Below are positions 13,513 to 25,000 of a stretch of DNA of 64,000 nt, one piece after another. A program made the position numbers and the translations under genes. The stretch spans positions 6,750,699 to 6,814,698 of the forward strand of contig CM082581.2 of the NCBI GenBank assembly GCA_040954595.2, in the 5' to 3' direction. This DNA comes from Balanoglossus misakiensis (taxonomy: Eukaryota; Animalia; Hemichordata). Within the stretch, counting starts at the first letter, position 1. Every line of letters begins with the position of its first letter. The notes beneath the pieces were generated by a model, which had not been told where the DNA came from, made no database searches, and saw only the letters and a list, made by a program, of their open reading frames with translations.

Positions 13513-15557
13513 ATGAAAGTGAAGTCTACTATTTTGAAATTCCTTCACTTAGACAAGAGTTACAGTTTACTGACGAGTAAAAACGTTAAAGTTGTTCTCG
13601 ATTTTTTCAAGTTACTCGATGTCCACGACGAGGATGCCCTCAACGGTAAGTCAAACTGTTTGCTGCAGACGCCGGCAGATTTTTCTTCAGATATTTAAGA
13701 CGGTGTTGTGATGGGCTAAATTATAAACTATGGCAATTGTTTGTCCATTTTAGCTTAGGTATTTTGTATTGCTACACTGCACGAACAATCGATGTATGAT
13801 CTTCTCGTCTCTGTCGACACAGAGGTCTCCGGGCTAACACAGAGGTCGATTCTTTGTGTTAGACTGCGAAACGACTGGTCTTGCAAGTCACTTTCGTGTT
13901 CAAAAAGCATAACGGCTTATCTTATGCTCATTTCCAGATATACAATTCTACGCATTTATGCGGCAATCAACGGATCTGAACAAGCACCGTATCTATAAAG
14001 TGTTTGACATGCTGGACGTGGATGGTTCGGGACAAATAGATTTTGATGAATTCTATCTTCTCATATGTATCTTGATCGCAATTCAGGTACTTTTCTACAG
14101 CCGGCTGCGCATTTGCGTGTCGCTTTCAGTTTATATCTCTCGGGGCACCCTGAGCCTCGGCAGAAATTCCACCTTTAGTGTTACGGAAATAAATTAAAGC
14201 GTCAATTGGTAAAATGCAAAAGAGACCGATTGGTTTCAAAATATTAATGCCAATTTGGGTCCAAGACATGTTATAATTGTTCTGACGGCAACGAACCGGC
14301 AAACGCTGATGAAATATCAGTTATCATAATTATCACATTTTTTTTGTCTTTTGCGGTCACCTATATCGCCTCCGTTTCTCCCGCAGCTTGCGCGCGTCAC
14401 TCCCAAGACCTCGTGACGTGATGTAATCCTCTGGTGGCGTACTGGCCTCACATTGTCATTCTAAGCTTGATTCTAAGAATCATTTAAACACTTTCTGTCT
14501 TCAATTAATTAATTATGTCGTCAAACACAGTGAGAATCTAACCTATATATGGGTGGCAAGGTCAGACGTGACGTCACGGTACTGATGATTCTGATTGTCT
14601 TTGCCTTCAGTTCTTTCACCAGTCTTCGCGTATAACCTCGCCAGCATCGTTTTTGCATTTCTAGCAAAAAGTACATATTATTCCTTGTTTTGCTCAAGTT
14701 ATTGCCAATTTTCTTTCGTAAAATGAACGTCGTGATGAGAAAAACCTTCATCTATTTCCTCCACAGGACAAGGAAGAAAAACAGTTTATATATCGTCATT
14801 CCCGTACCGTTTTTGAACTCTTGGACGAGGATGGAAGTCAGACCGTTTCGGCCGAAGAATTCGGCTCGTTCGGATTTTTGTTCAATTTCTATGGAGCCGC
14901 GGTGAATGAAATATTCAGTGACTTTGATGTGTCTGGTGACCAGGTATGATCGATAAGAAAATCGAATATGAAATGCAAGTGAATGTATTTCAGAAGGAAA
15001 AGTGGGTCATGGTCTTTTGAGTAATTGGTCAAAAAACTAGTGAATTGTAGATGAAGTCACACCTTTGCTAAAAATGAGTATCATCTGATAATTATAACCA
15101 TGGAAGAAACAGTGTCTGTGGCCATTTTCATTGAAAGTAAAGTAAAAGCTTACATGTAGTTCCAAATAAAAATTTTGTTGATTGAGGATCCCTCTTCTTA
15201 TCATGGGCAAAAATATTTAGTTTACTCCGATTTGCCAAGTATCGTCACTTGGGGGCGCTCTCCACGATCGACAACTTGAAGAAGTCTTGGACTTTCGAAT
15301 CCAAATCTTGGCTTTTTCCTCTGCACGAGTTCTGTCAAAATACACAATAATTCTTTCTTTTGATTTCTCGCACAAAGGAACTGGATTACAAAGAATTCAA
15401 GATGTTTGCAATGGCCTGCATTGACAGACAGAATGAAATTGAAGAGCAGAAGAAGGAAAAGTTGGAGGCAAAGAGACGCAAGGAGGAAGAGAAGAAACAG
15501 AAAGCAGAAATCAAGAAAGATAGAACCTGGATACAAAATCTATGCAGTGTCCAATGA
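13513..15557 (+). CDS. EFCAB9: EF-hand calcium-binding domain protein 9 (CatSper accessory subunit orthologue), 212 aa
   Basis: Exons 13513-13645, 13938-14086, 14767-14943 and 15378-15557 total 639 nt. Segments LHLDKSYSLLTSKNVK, VFDMLDVDGSGQIDFDEFYLLICIL, QFIYRHSRTVFELLD and DFDVSGDQELDYKEFK match the EFCAB9 pattern as recalled. Linkage with UBTD and STK10-type genes supports orthology. Confidence 0.88.
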
Positions 15558-16083
15558 GCAAACACTCTTTCTCAGGACATTTCAACCACAGATTTTATTA
15601 TATTGCTTGCCACACAAAATATAAATCTGTACTGTATGCATATATGTACAAGGACTCGGTAATAATCATGTCCTTAGACTGTTCAAATTATTTTTGAAAC
15701 AATGTACTCTTTGGATAGGTAATAAAATAGCTCAACCATTGTATTTTCCTTGCTAGCATAAATGAAGTGATTGGGTTTATACACAGCACACATATCATTA
15801 TGGATCATTTGTCAGAAAAAAATCTTATTTGCTCATTTTAAACTAAAATATTGTACAAAAAACAAATTCTGTGGTTGTATCACAATTCGAGTCCTTATAC
15901 AGATTGAGCTGTTGAAGGTTTGTCAAAATAGAGGTCACCTTTTTATATTTCTTCTAAAAATCAGTACTTTGCATAAATATTAATACACTTCTAGCATGTA
16001 TAAAATCACGATTCTGGTTACAACTTTCTGGCTGCAGAAATGATTGTGAAATTCCCAAGTACACAAACACACCCACACGGAAA

Positions 16084-18534
16084 TCAACATCGGAATCCAC
16101 TGTTGTGGAAGTCATTTCTCATCAGTCTCTGCTCCTCTCCCGTCAACGGGATGAGAGGGAGGCGGGTCGGGCCGCCATAGTAACCAAACCAGTCCATGGC
16201 TTGCTTCAAGCCTGGCACTCCAAACTTACGGGTGACCTGCAAGAGATAGGGCGGGGGTCACAAAAATCTCTCATCAGACAGGGATTTGTGAAGGGAATAT
16301 TTTTAAGGCGGTACTAGTGAAGACTGCAAATGGCTACTAGGCAATGGTTGCTAAGGAGATGTCCAAAATCAATGAAAGTGAACAGTTTTGCTATCAACAA
16401 ATATATATAGGACAATACAAATCAAACAGATGGACCCCCAAATAACTCTGTGAGGGTCCACTGTACTTTCAAACGAAACCATGGCAACTGATGCACTACT
16501 CACAGCGGCATTCGGGGATATCAGTCTCTGTTGCAACAACTTGGCCTCTTCCATTTTACCCTGATGAAACAAGTCGTGAAGTTTACAAACTTCTTGACCC
16601 AAGACATTTGCCAAGGCACAGACACCACCAACAGCTCCTGAAAATTACAGAAAAAATATACGGATTGTAACGAAATCAGTGTTTTCATTGGTCATTGTAT
16701 CCCTCGCACAAATAAGTGCCTGTCAAAATGTCCATCACAAGAGGGTGTGTTTAAAATAGTATAGCTGTGGTGGCAAAATGGATAAAACACAAGGCAGGAA
16801 CTCACCAAGTGCATATGATGGAAACAGGAAACTAGCTGATCCGGCAAGCATGACAAAATCTTGATCTTTGGTTTTGTACACAATGTTGCCAATTTTTGGT
16901 ACCTGTGATGATACAAACAACATTTAATAAAAGGGGGGCTTGTCTACCATATGATCAAAAGTTTAAAAACTTCATCCTGTGAAATATCTTCATGGGTAAA
17001 TGCAGAATTTTGGAAATTGCAAATATTATTATCAATGCTACCTACATTGCCTCCACTGTCTTTCATTCCAATGATGTTCGGGTGACTGGATAATTTCACT
17101 GCAACTTCCACTGGTAAGTCAATTCCTGTACACGATGGACAGCTGTACAAAATGACCGGAACAGGACTGTGATCTGCAAGCTGAAAACATCACTTGTCAA
17201 CTGTATATGAGTTTTACACTCATTCACACACATGTGTACTAAGTCTCCAACTGTTGTACTGTCGTAAATTATTTAACTAGTCGGAAAAAAATGTAACTGA
17301 AACCAATACCTTTGTGTAATGTGCCACCAATGCATCATTACTCATTTGTCCCTTGTAGTAACACGGTGTAACAACTAAGACGGCATCTGCACCTACGTCT
17401 GCCATCTTTTTGGTCAGCTCTATAGTTGCCTTTGTTGCTAAAAAAGTACAATGCCATTATTCATCATTTTTACATAGGTTCACCATAAATGCCAATCCAG
17501 CCAAGATATGCAAAATAGATTAAAATCGATAGGAAATGGGTTAAATTAACAATCTTATAAGAGTCATGATTTACTGTTTTGGCACACATAGATTTAAAGC
17601 TGATAAACTTTGCCCTGATATGCATCAGTTTAAGCACCACTGTGATTTATATGCTACGACTTCGTACCAGCTTTTATCAGAATAAGATCTTTAGTCACAC
17701 TGAAATGACTTTGTCAATAGTATGTGGCATTACTGTTCAATATAATTTGACTTGTTGAATACTGAATGACCTTGATTGATACTTACATTCACATCCGGAC
17801 CCTGCAACGATGAGTTTCTCTTTAGGAGTGCCGAGTCTGACACGCCGGACAACCTCCACTCTTTCCTCTTCTGATAAGTATGTGTATTCACCATTGGAAC
17901 CCTGGACAACATATCCTGAAAAGCAGGGTTGACTTAGTCTAGAATCTCGACTCGTGTTTTTCCGCTATGCTCACTTGTGTGTATAGTGAAAAGAACCCAC
18001 ATGAGTCTGGATTCTAGACTAGGTTGACTCAGCTTTAAAAGACCTGCGTTCAAAAAAGCTGTGAAGGGGAAACACTTTTCAATACTTTCAAGATCTGATC
18101 ACTGGCAAAAATGGCTAGCAGTTTTCCTTAAATTAAAAAAAAAAGTTTGGTATTATCTATAAATAATGTCATCTTTATGTCAAGTGTCAGAGGTCAGGTG
18201 TGTGCAACAGCATATGTGTATGTTACAACGCCAACCATCTGCAGCAGTCCAGTCGTTGCACTTGTCTGCTGATAGGAAAATATAAGGTTTCATGCATACC
18301 CCTGAAAGGTATTTCATTCCACCGTTGCAGATTTTCTTCAAGATGCTTGTAGCTGACGTTTTCGTCCTTGTCGAAAGGGGTGGGGATTGGTGGCATGATG
18401 CCGCTCAAGTCCAGCTTTGGTGCACCCGAACTCATTCTTGCTTGCAACACTGTCAACCTTGTCAGTTTTGCTGATTTAAGCAATGCCCCAGCTTTGCTAC
18501 TCCGTAGGACGAAAACACTACGGCACGCGATCAT
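16084..18534 (-). CDS. HOGA1: 4-hydroxy-2-oxoglutarate aldolase, mitochondrial (DHDPS/NAL family)
   Basis: Seven exons: 18534-18300, 17915-17787, 17437-17310, 17180-17046, 16902-16806, 16637-16504, 16236-16084. Motifs [44 protein letters not shown] (Schiff-base Lys) and [18 protein letters not shown]. The N-terminus is R/K/S/L-rich, like a mitochondrial presequence. Confidence 0.96.
17935..18021. mobile_element. 87-bp hAT-like MITE in HOGA1 intron 1
   Basis: Near-perfect 22-bp TIRs (tagtctagaatctcgactcgtg / catgagtctggattctagacta) flanked by a perfect 8-bp direct repeat ggttgact at 17927-17934 and 18022-18029. An 8-bp TSD is typical of the hAT superfamily. Confidence 0.8.
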
Positions 18535-18907
18535 GACCAGACAAGACTGCAGCACCACTGATCTCGATCGATAGCCTTCGACAAGCACGTTCAAACATCA
18601 GCTGAGCTTAACCCGGAAGTGCCACTACCGTTACATATAACACCTATAATAAACAAATTGTGCTTTCGCTGTAAACACACCAGTATTACAGTAAATTGAA
18701 AATAAAAGTCGATCGGTCACTTAACATTTTCGCTCAAAATATTCCGAAAAGATAATTTAAATCCATGATGATACCAGAATGTTTGGAAGGACCCATTTAA
18801 AATATAAACCAAGTTACGAACTACTTTTATCCATATCCATACACCAGGTGTTCATATCCTTTCTCCGCGAAGCCGCCATTTTCCTCCGCGGAGCATCTGT
18901 TGGCGAG
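18535..18907. promoter_or_regulatory. Putative bidirectional promoter, HOGA1 / zinc-finger gene
   Basis: The divergent ATGs are 373 bp apart. There is an ETS/GABP-type ccggaagtg near 18612 and a YY1-type gccgccatttt near 18873. Confidence 0.6.
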
Positions 18908-21499
18908 ATGGCCGAAGAAACTTTTTCCGCGGAGCATGGACGTAGCGGGGAAAGTTTTCGGCGGAATGATACTGGCGAAGGAAGTATGGAAAGTTTAAGT
19001 TTCTTTCATCATCAAACAGCTAAGACATTTTGCTGTAGATTATTCGTATAAGTGGGGAGAAGCGACGTTGATATGCACACGCATGTCTCAGTTGAAATAT
19101 ACCCTCACATTTAGTATAACTATTTTTTTTACAGATATTAACCAAAACAAAAACAAATGTGTTCAATACGTGTTCAATTTATGTTTCTAATTGTAAGGGT
19201 AAGAGATAGGAGACAGAATTTTGTGTTCACAATTCTGTGCTTAGTGTTTGCGAGGGCATGTTTGGCCTGAAGGCAAGAGTCCTAAAATTTTGCCCAGTAG
19301 AGCCTGGACAATAATGAACATTTCCCCTTCCAGGTAATCACATGATGAGGTCTTTTGGTGAGATTCTGGAAGGAGATGATGGCAAGGCATTATCGGATAT
19401 CACAGAACCAATTTCAAGACAGGATTGCAACGCTGTTCTTTCTGAGCCAATACATCTGAGCTTGCCAGACTCAACCTCAGACACTCAGAACAGAATAACG
19501 ATGGAGCTACCAAGTGACCTGACTCTGAGCCAAGCCAGTGTGAACATATCTGACGCGAACACAACTGCCACACTGATAAAGCTGGCAGAACCCATAAGTG
19601 GAGCTCACCATGACTTCCACGGCCAATCAGAAGCAGTCTCTATCTTAGCCGTCAGCGGTCAAAGTGACATCAGCCAATCGCACGTCCAAGGGACCATCAC
19701 CCTGACAACCATAAACCAATCAGATATCGGTGAGCACGCCTCGTTGGGTAGTGTCAGCCAATCTCCACTCTTTCAAGCAACTGATGGGCAAAGCATGCTG
19801 GAAGCAGCTCACGCTTTAGGGCAAATTTCCACCCAGCATTTGCTGACAGACACAAACATACTGGCAGTGAACACAGACCATGTGCCCAGCGCATCGGGGC
19901 TAGGGCCAGCATCTTCTCAAATATCAGAAAATCTCCCTGACGGTGAACATACTGATGGGATGGTCTTACCAGACAGTACTGCTGACCGAATGGGTCAACC
20001 AACCAATCAGAATGTACATGCCATATTGGTTCAGGAGTCAAGTATTGGCTCTGATGCATCGGCTGACAAATGTGGAGAGAGTTTTGTAGAGAGCAGTGGG
20101 GAGGATGAATCAAATCCAGCAAAGAAACCAAGGAAGATATTTATGTGTCAAGTGTGTGAGAAGACCTTCAGTAGTCATACGTCGTTGAAATCTCACTTGA
20201 TGATTCACATGGGAGCCAGACCGTTCAAATGTGACCTGTGCAGTGCCACGTTCAATCGTATGGGAAACTACACCAGGCATCGACTGATACACACTGTCAA
20301 TACCAACGTACGTATACACACATATTGAACTTGTTTGTTGTGATATCATCTCCCAGACAATATCTTGCATTTTTTTAAAAATAAATTCACAAGTTAATTA
20401 CCATAGTTCAACATTGTTACATGTACCATGTACCTATCACTTGCAATTTTTAACTCCCTCAGTCTCATACACAGATTCATGGAATATCTATTTCTTCTGT
20501 ATCTACAATATCAGTTTCTTGTTGAGATGCCCTATAAACCTTTGTTCTCTGGGTACAGCTTGACACATATATCTGAATATGGAGTTATTTTGTAGATTAA
20601 CCCCTTTTCACATCATCCTTTCACTTCAGGATGATCACAGATACAAGTGCGAGTTCTGCGACCGCAAGTTCCTGCAGAAGTGCGACTTGAAGAGACACCA
20701 ACACATCCACGACGGAACTCAGCCTTTCCGGTGCGAAATGTGTGCCAAAGGATTCATCAGGAAATCCGATCTCAGGGTCCATATGAGATTCCACACAAAG
20801 GATAAACCCTTTGTCTGCAGCCAGTGTCCAAAGTCTTTCTCACAGTCAGGTAAATTGTAGAACACAACTTGAAGAGCACAGGTAGATTTCAAAGGTCGGA
20901 TCAGCTCCTGTAGCAGGCTGTCATGTTTGTACTAACTAGCTCATGAATAATGCATGATGTGTTACCCCCACATATTTCTCAGAGAATTGGGATATTGATT
21001 CTCTAAGACTTGTGATGGTCCATTTGTCAATCTCCTGTAGGTGACTTGAACAGACACATGAGAAGTCTGCATTCCAACAGTGAAAGTCTCAAGTGTGGAC
21101 ATTGCAAGAAAAGCTTTGTGAAAGAAGCCACTCTGATCAGACACATGCAGACGGCACACCAGGATATCCTCAAATCTGTAGCAATTAAGTTACAGAAAAA
21201 TGCAAGGTAAAAACAGTATTCTCACTGTCTGAGTTATCTTGGTCAAAATGTTGGTTGTACCAAATTTTGTTTATACTTGACACAAAGTACAATTTCCACA
21301 CTCATTTCACATGAATTCATAAACTTCTCATTTTGTCCTTGTTTACAGCCAACTTCAAGATTCCAAAGAAACAGTCGATGACGAGGGCACATGTACTGAT
21401 ATCACTTCCAATATTTCACATCAAGAGGGCGCTATCAGTGACGCCACAGATATAAAATTTGCAGAAGAAACACAGGTTGAGAAGGCTGTTGGCCAGTGA
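18908..21499 (+). CDS. C2H2 zinc-finger protein (6 fingers, long acidic/Ser-rich N-terminus), about 528 aa
   Basis: Exons 18908-18983, 19334-20307, 20630-20849, 21041-21206 and 21349-21499 are in phase. Fingers: CQVC..HLMIH, CDLC..HRLIH, CEFC..HQHIH, CEMC..HMRFH, CSQC..HMRSLH, CGHC..HMQTAH, with linkers such as MGARPF, DGTQPF and TKDKPF. Exon 1 is less certain than the others. Confidence 0.9.
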
Positions 21500-22087
21500 A
21501 CGACAGAGAGCAGATTGTGATATAGACAAATAATGTTTTAATAATTCAAAGAAACGTGTCCTCCATATTTGTAGCAAGGGGTAAAAATCATGTGTGATTG
21601 AGTGTTAATAATGTTTGTTCTTGCGAAGTACCAGCATTCTATTTGCAAAGTCACAGTCTTGTATTGCCTGCATCTGTGTAAGAGTTAGCGCGATTATCCA
21701 GAAATCTCAGTTGATCAATGAAGTATTGTGATTTTAGTCGTGGAATTTTCATGGACAAAGCTGTAACTTCCCAGAGTGCATGTGGTATTAGCTTGCACTC
21801 TTTTTGTGTGATATATTTTCAACAGGCACGAACTATACCACTGTCAAACGCTAGAAGTTTGTGCATTTTTTAAAACAAAGGCGTATAATTAAAAAAAAAA
21901 ATTTGCAACTATCTTCATATCATGCATATGACAAGTGTGTCTGTGTAGTACACGAAACATTTGCACAACAGCAACTTTTATATAAGAAATAATTTATTTG
22001 TCTGTATTGTATATGAAATGTCCATGACAGTCTATTCAATATACTCATGTTTGGAATACCATGTAAATACTGTGACCACCATGATAT

Positions 22088-25000
22088 CTACTTCTTGCCT
22101 GTACCCAGTAAAAACCTGAAAATAAAATAAGTGAAAGTTTGATTTATTGCTCTTGAAACAGTGGCTTGAATATTTATGCAGAGGGTCAAGTTTACTGTGA
22201 TGAATTTCATATAATAACGACCACGCAATGTTGGGCAATCGAGTAGAAGGAGTAACTGTAACTCTTGTCACAAGAGGGCAGTCTTCAAGATGGCTTACCA
22301 TTCTTCCCTAGCAACCACTGCTTCTTTCCTCACTAGTCTCTTTTTATCGTCAAGGGGAACAGCTAATTGCCTCAGTACATTCTTCTGGTGAGGGTATACC
22401 TGGGATAGAGACACATTTTAATTTATTTCACTCCAAATGGATGGGAAGAATCTCATTTGAGCCTCCGCAGTGTATTTTGCATGGTTAAGACTGTTGTACA
22501 CAAACAACAAAAACAACCCATACTTACAACATGATGAGGCAAGGTAGTCAGCACTCCAACACACTTCAATGCTGCAATTCTTACTTTCTAAAAAGGAAAT
22601 GCCAAAATTACAAGAATTATTGGAAGTTGCTTGAATGAGACTGTACGGTTTACTATGTAATACAGGTGGCTATATGTGCTTATCTCAGATAATCATCTGT
22701 AGCACATATGAGTAAGTTGAACTTCTTACCATACTGGGTTGCTGTGAACATAGACTTAAGAGCCTAGGTATGAGAGAATCCACTTCCTGTGAGATGATGG
22801 CTGGGGCATCAAGGATCAGGGAATAGAGTGTGTCTAGTGTTGATAGATACAGACCGGCTTGATCGCAGTGTAGAGACTGCACTAACATTGGCATCAGTGG
22901 AGGCAGCTCACTCATCAAAACTTGCTTCGGGATGAATTGCAACAGATGGGACAGTGCAGTCAGGTAGTGTGGTTTGGTTTCTGCGGAAGCAAGAAAGTCA
23001 AAACTAAGCCAGATGTTGTAAGTTTGGTTGTGAGCAGTTGGGCTGGATCAGACCAGATTGCCAGTCAGACTATGGAGACTTTTGACATGTAAACAAGTGC
23101 GAGGCACAATGGACCCCAGTAATATTTACCTGGTTACGTGAAAGATCATGAAATACCTGTGTGAGAAAACACTGGTAAATAATGTGTCTACCACAAAGCA
23201 AAGACCTTTTTGTGTTAAAAAATGTCTCGAGTCACACGTACCTTCATGTGTCTTGTCGAATCCCTCAACTATCTTTGGCAGTGTCTGCATGAAGAACCTT
23301 TGTCTATACATCAGTTTAATGTCAGCATCCAGGGCTTTGTTCAGTACATCTGTGCTGTCGCTCAGTATGATGTAGAAGCCATCAGCCGCAATCTGTCCCA
23401 GCTGAGTGTCTTCAAACACTGAGATGAGTTTTTCTGAGAGCTCTGTTGATTTAGGGTGTCCTCTCAACACCAGAGATTTGGTTAACTGCAATGAAAGCAG
23501 CAGAAAATCACACCTGCAAAAACTAATTGTGGCAATGACATTTAACAATGGGATCGGATTGTTTTGACTCACCCACAACCAGAATGTCAAAGCCTGTTGC
23601 CTTTGACTTGTATTCTGATCTGATATTTCATCTTCTAGTAATTTCCATGACGACTGTACAGATTTCTCAAGAAGTTCATCAAGCTCCTGACCTGTAGCAA
23701 AAACACACAGTACATACATTATGTACAACTCTTACAACTCTACAAATCTGACAACTGGTATCATCAATACAACTATAATAATCTCAAACACTATTATTGC
23801 ACATTAAAATGTCTTGAAATGAAACGGAATCATACTAAACATTTAATAAAACTTCATGTCACATACCGTGGCTATACTTGTTGACGAGGCCTGCATAACA
23901 CTTGGCAGAAGCCACACAGGTTACCTGGTGACCCGAGTTCAAGGCCAACGCCACCAATTTCTCCAGCAACAGAGAAACCTTTGGAATGTTCACCGATCTT
24001 TTCACCGAGCAGATTATTGATGTAAGAAGCGTGACTAATTGAGTTTGTTGCCATGGGGATGAAACCTGCAAGGGGAAGATTTTCTTATGAAAACTGTGTG
24101 TGCATGTATGTTTTCATTCTTGACATTTGACAAACATGCAATGATGTCAGTATTAAGATTTGTACAGATTTTCCATATATTCTTCAGAAACAAAAAATTG
24201 ACGGCACATGAAGATGTGTGCGCTAAATAATTAATAATAATAAGTTATTGTGAATGTTACATTACAGGTTATACATAACATATTACTAACCTCCAATGGC
24301 TGAAATCTTCCTTCACTTTGGTCCAGATTAAAATGAGCTAAATTGCCTTCTAAAAATAGTGAAACAATGTTTCCTCCTAACACAGCAGCAATTCTGTGGA
24401 TAAAAAAGGCAAAAAATACAGCTCCTAAGTATGGTTGATATTTTTCTTAATCAAACATGGTACACCCACCGCGTTTCTCAAGGTTACAAGACTACACCCT
24501 GAAGGATATTGTTGGGTCTTCAGCTGCAGTGTGATGCAATCAATGGTAATGAATACCGTTTTCCTGCTTGGCTTGGGTAATGAAATAAACATAAGATCAG
24601 TAGTTTTTTGAAACCTTAATAATGTTGCAGTTTTAATGAGAAGATAAAATGAAAGCCAAGACTTTTTAAAATTAAAACTTGAAAATAATTAGTTGAAAAA
24701 TAGTGGCCTTCATACAGTACTTACCTATCATCTACAACTTGCGTGACACTCCTACACAAACACGCCACACTGTTTACAATGCCCTCTTGGCAAAGTATAC
24801 TGCTATCATTTTTCTCTTGCAGGGATTGTTGGATGGTTGCATTCAGTAACCGAGGTATGACCACGGAATGAAACATTCGTAAACTCTCACTCTGTTGTAG
24901 ATTGGCAGTCACTACAGAGTTGATGGAGTCCAGACAGCTCGCTGCTACAACATGGCCGTCCTCAAATGATTCTGTCAGATAGAAAAAAAAAGAAAAAATA

